From: an archaeon | GTDB lineage: Archaea > Iainarchaeota > Iainarchaeia > Iainarchaeales > 1-14-0-10-31-34 | Length of the DNA: 32,000 nt | NCBI GenBank assembly: GCA_024277355.1 | Contig: JAJRVL010000004.1 | Span: 390,001 to 422,000, forward strand | Direction of reading: 5' to 3' | Translations under genes and position numbers: made by a program | Notes under the pieces: model-generated | What the model was told of the DNA's origin: nothing | The model's database searches: none | The model's input: the letters and a program-made list of their open reading frames with translations, nothing else | In this document: one piece after another, positions 25,979 to 32,000 of the stretch | Position numbering within the stretch: the first letter of the stretch is position 1 | Layout of the letters: each line of letters starts with the position of its first letter

Positions 25979-26466
25979 ATTAAACCTGAAAAAAATTCTA
26001 CTACAGTCATTCCTGCAAAAGCTAAAATTGAATAACGAATAAATCTTCCAATAAAAACTGCAGGATAAAATTTCTTTAAGTCATATTCAACCATTCCTGC
26101 AATAATTGAAATTAAATCAAAACCAAAAGGCAAAAAAGACATAAAAGCAATAAAAAAGAAACCTGAATTAGAAACTTTTTTTGTTATTTCTTCTATTTTA
26201 TCTAACTGGTTATGAAATTTTTTTTCAACTACACTTCTTCCGCCTTTACCAATAAAATAACCAGTTGATTCACCTATTGCAGCTCCAACAGCAGCAAACA
26301 AAGCTAATAAAAAAGGATTAAATATTCCGGTTGAAGAAACCAATAAAATTACTGCATCAATTGGAACAACAAGAAACAAAGTTGCATTAGCAATCAATGA
26401 AGCCAAAAAAACCCCAATTAATCCATAAGAATTAATAAGTGAATGAAGTAAAGCCATTATATCCAT
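25975..26466 (-). CDS. DedA/VTT-domain membrane protein
   Basis: 163 aa; 'YGLIGVFLASLIANATLFLVVP...AAVGAAIGESTGYFIGKGG...FLPFGFDLISIIAGM'. Confidence 0.8.
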   Translation of the reverse strand: MDIMALLHSLINSYGLIGVFLASLIANATLFLVVPIDAVILLVSSTGIFNPFLLALFAAVGAAIGESTGYFIGKGGRSVVEKKFHNQLDKIEEITKKVSNSGFFFIAFMSFLPFGFDLISIIAGMVEYDLKKFYPAVFIGRFIRYSILAFAGMTVVEFFSGLI

Positions 26467-26539
26467 AAAAAAACCTTTTAATGTATTTTATTTACAAAGT
26501 ATTAATATACTTTTTTTATTTAAATAAGTAAGTGATTAA

Positions 26540-26944
26540 ATGCAATATGAAAAAATGCTTGATAGACTTTATATGAGTTTGCCTGAACAAACTAAAACAA
26601 AAGAAAGATTTGAAATGCCTAAAATACACAGCCTTATTCAGGGCCCAAAAACTTTCATTAAAAATGCTTCAGCAATACTAAAAGCATTAAACAGAGAAGA
26701 AAACCATTTAGTTAAATTTATTACAAAAGAATTAGGAACTCCTACTTCTGCTTCTGAAGGAAGAATTGTAATTACAGGAAAGTTTTCTGAACAACAAATG
26801 CAAAACACCATAGATAAATATGTTAAAACTTTTGTTTTATGCAAAGAATGCGGAAAACCAGACACTAAATTTACAGAAATGAAAGGAATTAAAATGCTTA
26901 AATGCGAGGCATGCGGAGCATTAACTCCAACAAAGCACTTATAG
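26540..26944 (+). CDS. Translation initiation factor 2 subunit beta
   Basis: 134 aa; 'HLVKFITKELGTPTSASEGRIVITGKF' and zinc finger 'CKECGKPDTKF...LKCEACGALTP'. Confidence 0.92.
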   Translation: MQYEKMLDRLYMSLPEQTKTKERFEMPKIHSLIQGPKTFIKNASAILKALNREENHLVKFITKELGTPTSASEGRIVITGKFSEQQMQNTIDKYVKTFVLCKECGKPDTKFTEMKGIKMLKCEACGALTPTKHL

Positions 26945-26976
26945 AGGGATAAACTATTTTTTATAAAATTCATTTA

Positions 26977-27252
26977 ATGCAGTACCAAAAAATTCTTGCA
27001 GTCTGCGATAAAGAATTATCTGGAAAAATTCTTGACAAAGAAATAAATTTTGAAGTTAAACCTGAATTTTACGGTACAACAGAAATAAACGAAGAAAAAT
27101 TAAGTGAATTATTTCAGGAAGTTAATTCAGCTAATTTAATTGGAAACAAAAGTGTTTCAGTTGCATTAAAAAAAAAAATAATTGAAGAAAAAAATATAAT
27201 TAAAATAAATAATATACCTCATGCTCAGGTTTATTTTATTAAAGGAGAATAA
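26977..27252 (+). CDS. DUF424 family protein
   Basis: 91 aa; position between aIF2beta and aIF1A; 'NLIGNKSVSVALKKKIIEEKNIIKINNIPHAQVYFI'. Confidence 0.75.
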   Translation: MQYQKILAVCDKELSGKILDKEINFEVKPEFYGTTEINEEKLSELFQEVNSANLIGNKSVSVALKKKIIEEKNIIKINNIPHAQVYFIKGE

Positions 27253-27255
27253 AAC

Positions 27256-27585
27256 ATGAAACCACAAAACACAAGAATGACAGAAGAAGAAGCAATAAGC
27301 AGAATTAGAATGCCGAGAAGAAAAGAATTAGAAATGTTTGCTGTTGCAACACAATTATTAGGTTCAGATAAAATAAAAGCAATGTGCGAAGACGGCACAG
27401 AAAGAATTTGCAGGATTCCTGGAAAATTAAGAAAAAGAGTATGGATAAGAGAAGGAGATTTAATTATAGTTAAATTATGGGATTTCCAGCCAATTAAAGC
27501 AGACATTATCTGGAGATATATTAAATTCCAAACCAATCACCTGAAAAAAAAAGGTTTACTGGATAAGCTTCCATTAGAATACTGA
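27256..27585 (+). CDS. Translation initiation factor 1A
   Basis: 109 aa; 'RMPRRKELEMFAVATQLLGSDKIKAMCEDGTERICRIPGKLRKRVWIREGDLIIV'. Confidence 0.94.
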   Translation: MKPQNTRMTEEEAISRIRMPRRKELEMFAVATQLLGSDKIKAMCEDGTERICRIPGKLRKRVWIREGDLIIVKLWDFQPIKADIIWRYIKFQTNHLKKKGLLDKLPLEY

Positions 27586-27590
27586 TTTAA

Positions 27591-28376
27591 ATGAAGTCAA
27601 TTGAATTAGAAGAAACAGAAAACGAAAAAACCAAAAGGTTTCCTAAAAAAAAAATTTTAAAAACCTTTGACAAAGTATTTGATGCAGAAACATTAAATAC
27701 AATTCATAAAATTGCAATGGCAGGATTAATTGACGAATTAGAATTTGTTATTTCAACAGGAAAAGAAGCATATGTTTTCAGAGCAAAAGATAAAGCAGGA
27801 AATTTTCGTGCAGTAAAAATATACAAAACAATTACATCTGATTTCCATAACATGAACCAATACTTAGAAGGAGACAAAAGATTCAAAAACATTCCAAAAG
27901 AAAAAAAAGAAATAGTAAAAGAATGGACAAAAAAAGAATTCAAAAATTTAGAAAAACTTTCAAAAGCAAACTGTTGTGTTCCTTTTCCAATTGGCTTTAA
28001 AAATAATGTTTTAATAATGGAATTTATTGGAGAAACAGGAAACGCATCAAAAACACTAAAAGAAATTAGAGTAAAAGATTTAGATAATGCATACAGCCAA
28101 ATAACTGAATTTATTGCAAAAAGCTTTTATGTTTCAGGATTAATTCATGCAGACTTAAGTGAATACAATATTCTTGTAAAAGAAGAAAAAAGAAAAGAAA
28201 AATTAATTGTAATTGATGTAGGACAGGCAGTATTAAAGTCTCATCCAAAAGCAGAAGAATTCTTAAAAAGAGACTTAAATAACATTTCTCATTATTTTAC
28301 AAAAAAAGGATTAAAAAAAACAGAAGAAGAAATAAGAAAAGACATCAGGAAATTAAAAGAAAAACTTGTAAATTAA
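27591..28376 (+). CDS. Rio1-type serine protein kinase
   Basis: 261 aa; 'ISTGKEAYVFRAKD...AVKIYKT...LIHADLSEYNILV...VIDVGQAV'. Confidence 0.93.
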   Translation: MKSIELEETENEKTKRFPKKKILKTFDKVFDAETLNTIHKIAMAGLIDELEFVISTGKEAYVFRAKDKAGNFRAVKIYKTITSDFHNMNQYLEGDKRFKNIPKEKKEIVKEWTKKEFKNLEKLSKANCCVPFPIGFKNNVLIMEFIGETGNASKTLKEIRVKDLDNAYSQITEFIAKSFYVSGLIHADLSEYNILVKEEKRKEKLIVIDVGQAVLKSHPKAEEFLKRDLNNISHYFTKKGLKKTEEEIRKDIRKLKEKLVN

Positions 28377-28466
28377 AATATAAAGCTTTTCTAACAATAT
28401 AATATTATCAGCGCCAATAAAGTTCTATTTTTAATTGGCTTATATTTTATTATAGCAGTTGAAAAC

Positions 28467-28985
28467 ATGCAGGAATTTTTAAAAGCACCAAAAGACCGGA
28501 TAGCCGTAATAATAGGCAAAAACGGAGAAACAAGAAAAGAAATAGAAAAATTAACTGAAACAAAAATTGAAATTGATTCAAAAACAGGAGAAATAGATAT
28601 TCAAGGAGAAGATGCATTAAATTTTTATATTTCACTGAACATAATTAAAGCAATTGCAAGGGGATTTTCTCCTGAGCATGCTTTTTTACTTAAAAACGAC
28701 AATTACTTTTTTGAAATAATTGACTTAAAAGAAGAACTGGGAAAAAACGAAAAATTAATCCAGCAAAAAAAAGGAAGAGTAATAGGAAAAAAAGGAAAAA
28801 CAAGACAAGAAATAGAAGAAAAAACAAATTCTTTTATTTCAGTTTACGGCAAAACAATAAGCATTATAGGAGAAGCAGAAGCAATAGAAAAAGCAAAAAC
28901 TGCAGTGAAAATGCTGTTAAAAGGAGCATCACATTCAAGTGCAGAATCATTTTTATACCAAAAAGAAAAAGAAATAGAAATTTAA
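28467..28985 (+). CDS. KH-domain RNA-processing protein (archaeal Dim2/Krr1-like)
   Basis: 172 aa; two KH motifs 'VIIGKNGETRKEIEKLT' and 'RVIGKKGKTRQEIEEKT'; next to rio1. Confidence 0.85.
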   Translation: MQEFLKAPKDRIAVIIGKNGETRKEIEKLTETKIEIDSKTGEIDIQGEDALNFYISLNIIKAIARGFSPEHAFLLKNDNYFFEIIDLKEELGKNEKLIQQKKGRVIGKKGKTRQEIEEKTNSFISVYGKTISIIGEAEAIEKAKTAVKMLLKGASHSSAESFLYQKEKEIEI

Positions 28986-28994
28986 GTGAAAAAA

Positions 28995-29492
28995 ATGACT
29001 GAAATACAAAAAGTTCAAAAAGAAGTTTCAGCTGAAGCATTAGCAAAAGACTTTAAAGAGCACTCAGTAGCAGAATTCTTTAAAAAAAACAAGCAAATGT
29101 TAGGTTTAAGCGGAAAAATAAGAACTTTAACAACAATAATCCACGAATATGTTACAAACAGTTTAGATGCCTGTGAATCAGCAAACATTCTTCCTGAAAT
29201 AGAAATTAAAATACAGGAATTAGGAACTGAATATTATGAAATTACAATAAAAGATAATGGACCTGGATTAACAAAAGATACAGTAGGAAAAGCTTTAGGA
29301 CAATTACTAGCAGGAACAAAATTCCATAGAATGATTCAAAGCAGAGGACAGCAGGGAATTGGAGCAGCAGGAGCAACAATGTATTCCCAGACAACAACAG
29401 GAAAACCAGTTAAAGTAATTTCAGGAACAGGAAAAGGAAAAGCATTTTCATTAGAATTAACTATTGACCCAAAAAAAATCAGCCAAAAATAG
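28995..29492 (+). CDS. top6B: DNA topoisomerase VI subunit B, N-terminal fragment (GHKL ATPase)
   Basis: '[22 protein letters not shown]...[47 protein letters not shown]'; terminates just after an A8 tract. Confidence 0.9.
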   Translation: MTEIQKVQKEVSAEALAKDFKEHSVAEFFKKNKQMLGLSGKIRTLTTIIHEYVTNSLDACESANILPEIEIKIQELGTEYYEITIKDNGPGLTKDTVGKALGQLLAGTKFHRMIQSRGQQGIGAAGATMYSQTTTGKPVKVISGTGKGKAFSLELTIDPKKISQK

Positions 29493-30703
29493 AAAACTTT
29501 AAAGAAATAGAAAAACCATTTAAAGGATTAGCAATACAGGCAAAAGTAAAAGACGTTTTATTCAGGATTTCAGAACAAGGTGCATTAGAATACATCAGAA
29601 GAACAGCAATAGCTAATCCTCATGTACAAATAAGTTTTATTGACCCAACCGGACAAAAAACATTATTTGAAAGAAGCTCAAAAAAAATTCCAGCTAAAGC
29701 AAAAGAAATAAAACCTCATCCAAAAGGAGTAACAGTAGACGAATTAGTTACTTTAGCAAAATATTCTGATGCAAGAAAAGTAGGGTCATTCCTAAAAAAT
29801 TCTTTTGACAGAATGGGAGACAAAGCAATACAAGAAATAACAAAAATGGTTTCATTTGACATGAATATGGATCCAAAAAGACTTGAATGGAATGACTCAG
29901 AAGAAATCATCAAGGCATTTAAGCATATTAATTTTATTGCACCAACAACAGACGGATTAAGTCCAATTGGAGACGACCAAATTGAAACTTCACTTAAATC
30001 AATTGTTCAGCCAGAATTCTTAAAAGTAATTACAAGAAAACCACAAGTTTACAGCGGAGGATTTCCATTCCAAGTAGAAGTAGCAGTAGCTTTTGGAGGA
30101 AACGCAGGAAGAAGCAACTCAAATGGAAACGGAGAAAATCAAAAAAGAATGGAAGTAATGCGTTTTGCAAACAAAGCTCCTTTATTATTTGACGGGGGAG
30201 GATGTGCAATAACTAAAGCAGTGCAAACAATTGAATGGAAAAGATACGGCATACAAAATATTGATGAAGCACCATTAACTGTTTTTGTAAATATTATTTC
30301 AGTTCATATTCCTTATACTTCAGCAGGAAAACAAGCTATTTCAGATGAAGCAGAAGTATTAGAAGAAATAAGATTAGCTTTAATGGATTCAGGAAGAAAA
30401 ATTTCAAGATTTATTATAGGAAAAAAAAGAGAAAAAGAAAAACAAGCAAAAAGAAAAATGTATATGAAATATGCGATTGAAGTAGCTTATGCAATAGGCG
30501 AATTAACTAAAAAAAACAAAGAAGAAATAGAAAAAAAATTATTAAACATTGTATTAAAAAGACTTAAATTAGAAGAACAAGAAGACAAAAAAGAATTAAG
30601 CGATGAACAAATAGAAAAAGAAATGAAAAAAGAAACAAAAAAACAAGACAAAAAAGAAGAAAAAATTAAAGGAAAAATTAAAGGATTAAAAAAAGTTAAA
30701 TGA
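29471..30703 (+). CDS. top6B: DNA topoisomerase VI subunit B, C-terminal part in the -1 frame
   Basis: Open in the shifted frame from the A8 tract: [61 protein letters not shown]..., into the listed ORF at 29813. Confidence 0.88.
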   Translation, partial: KKNQPKIENFKEIEKPFKGLAIQAKVKDVLFRISEQGALEYIRRTAIANPHVQISFIDPTGQKTLFERSSKKIPAKAKEIKPHPKGVTVDELVTLAKYSDARKVGSFLKNSFDRMGDKAIQEITKMVSFDMNMDPKRLEWNDSEEIIKAFKHINFIAPTTDGLSPIGDDQIETSLKSIVQPEFLKVITRKPQVYSGGFPFQVEVAVAFGGNAGRSNSNGNGENQKRMEVMRFANKAPLLFDGGGCAITKAVQTIEWKRYGIQNIDEAPLTVFVNIISVHIPYTSAGKQAISDEAEVLEEIRLALMDSGRKISRFIIGKKREKEKQAKRKMYMKYAIEVAYAIGELTKKNKEEIEKKLLNIVLKRLKLEEQEDKKELSDEQIEKEMKKETKKQDKKEEKIKGKIKGLKKVK

Positions 30704-30908
30704 AGGAAAAATAAATGTCTAGAGCTGTTTTAAATGACCCCGGAAAATGCAACACAATTATTAATTATCGGAGCTTGGATTCTGGACAAAGTTATAATGT
30801 TTTACATAGTAAAAAAAGCAGCGCATTAAATTAAATAAAAAAATAAAAGAGGAAACAAAAATAAATTAAAATAAAAAAATTAAATGAATTAAAAAAAATG
30901 GTGTGTTT

Positions 30909-32000
30909 ATGTCAAAAAAAGATAAAGAAGTAATTCAAAAATTAAAAGACGCAGGAATAGATATTTATAATCAAATAAATAAAGGACAAGACCCAAGCTA
31001 TCAGTTACCTGTAAGAAGTTTAAATAACGTATTTTTTGACCATAAAACAAAAACCATTAAATTAGGCGACAAAAAAAGTACAAGACAATTTTTAAATGTC
31101 GCCCACACAAGAAAATTCATGCAGACAATGTTAGTTGCATCAGAAATAAAAAAAGTAATTGAAGAAGAAGCAACAGTGTCAATCAGAGATTTATATTATG
31201 CATTAAAACATACAATTGAAGGAACAGAAGAAAACACTTTTGAAGACCAATCAGAATCAGATCCAATAATAGAAGATTTAGAGTCATCTTTAAGTTTATT
31301 AAGAGAAGAATTACATTTAGCTGCTTCAAGCAAAGGAGTAATCACAGGAAACATGAAAATCAAAGACGGAAAAGACACAATTGACTTAAGCAAAATGGGT
31401 TCAGGAGGATGGGGGGTTCCATCAAACGTTGAACCAGAAAAAATTGAAATAAAAGATTTAGATGCAGAATACGTATTATTTATAGAAAAAGACGCAGTAT
31501 GGAAAAGATTTAATGAAGACAAATACTGGAAAAAACATAAATGTGTTATTATAACTGGAAGAGGCCAGCCTTCAAGAGCAGAAAGAAGATTTGTTCAAAG
31601 ATTAAACAAAGAACATAATCTTCCAATTTATGCTTTAATGGATGCAGATCCATGGGGAATGTATATTTATTCAGTAATAAAACAAGGTTCAATTTCTTTA
31701 AGTTATTCAGAAGAAAAATTAGCTACACCAAAAACAAAATATATTGGATTAACAGTAAGCGATGTAGAAACATTCAAAATCCCAAAAGAAGTAACAATTA
31801 AACTAAATAAACTTGACGTAAAAAGATTAAATGAAATGAAAAAATACGAATGGTTTAAGAAAAAAGAATGGCAGGACGAATTTGATTTAATGAAAAGCAA
31901 AGAAATCAAATTAGAATTAGAAGCATTAAGCAAAAAAGGAATCAGATTTATTACAGAAAAATATTTGCCTGAAAAAATTAAAACAAAAGACTTTTTGCCT
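30909..32000 (+). CDS. top6A: DNA topoisomerase VI subunit A (Spo11-like), 3' end outside window
   Basis: Frame open from ATG 30909 to the window end: 'VSIRDLYYALKHTIEG...FIEKDAVWKRFNEDKYWKKHKCVIITGRGQPSRAERRFVQRLNKEHNLPIYALMDADPWGMYIYSVIKQGS'. Confidence 0.93.
   Translation, partial: MSKKDKEVIQKLKDAGIDIYNQINKGQDPSYQLPVRSLNNVFFDHKTKTIKLGDKKSTRQFLNVAHTRKFMQTMLVASEIKKVIEEEATVSIRDLYYALKHTIEGTEENTFEDQSESDPIIEDLESSLSLLREELHLAASSKGVITGNMKIKDGKDTIDLSKMGSGGWGVPSNVEPEKIEIKDLDAEYVLFIEKDAVWKRFNEDKYWKKHKCVIITGRGQPSRAERRFVQRLNKEHNLPIYALMDADPWGMYIYSVIKQGSISLSYSEEKLATPKTKYIGLTVSDVETFKIPKEVTIKLNKLDVKRLNEMKKYEWFKKKEWQDEFDLMKSKEIKLELEALSKKGIRFITEKYLPEKIKTKDFLP

Noticed and set aside
27250-27258. In-frame TAA between DUF424 and aIF1A as another interrupted gene
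   Set aside because: These are two well-known separate families. The in-frame spacing is coincidental, and an SD (GGAG) and ATG are present.
20354-29492. Whole-genome reassignment of TAA to a sense codon
   Set aside because: Many conserved genes here end properly at TAA with sensible lengths (eIF5A, DUF424, Rio1, rpoP, MCM), so a global reassignment does not fit. Only site-specific readthrough or errors remain possible.
1-32000. CRISPR array, transposase, prophage or toxin-antitoxin cassette
   Set aside because: No regularly spaced repeats and no recognisable transposase, integrase or Cas-like protein in any translated frame supplied.

Overview
AT-rich archaeal chromosome segment, probably DPANN (Woesearchaeota/Pacearchaeota-like) by inference from gene content and codon usage. 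No CRISPR array, prophage or transposon was recognised. Main contents: a truncated Ig/FnIII surface protein; the archaeal exosome 'superoperon' on the minus strand (L15e, Rpp30, Pop5, a SAM methyltransferase, proteasome alpha, SBDS, Rrp4, Rrp41, Rrp42, L37Ae, Rpo12/RpoP, Pcc1, prefoldin beta); a TtuA/Ncs6-type sulfurtransferase; tRNA-Val(GAC) followed by a strongly structured GC-rich segment; a minus-strand cluster NYN / DUF2226-like / Roadblock-like / MinD / LSm / tRNA-Ala(GGC) / coiled-coil protein; eIF5A; a TrmB-family regulator with a palindromic operator candidate; a bacterial-type MetRS; class III ribonucleotide reductase (nrdD/nrdG); MCM; a presenilin-like protease; DedA; aIF2beta, DUF424, aIF1A, Rio1, Dim2/KH; and topoisomerase VI B and A. 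The most interesting signals are: (1) nrdD split by two in-frame TAA codons, with the glycyl-radical domain as a 55-aa ORF that has its own Shine-Dalgarno sequence; (2) a coiled-coil gene interrupted by an in-frame TAA inside a 150-nt (50-codon) segment bounded by 16-nt exact direct repeats, whose removal would restore one ORF; (3) topoisomerase VI B broken by a -1 shift exactly at an A_AAA_AAA heptamer; (4) a compact multi-helix RNA candidate just downstream of tRNA-Val; (5) a hairpin cluster in the nrdD-mcm intergenic region.
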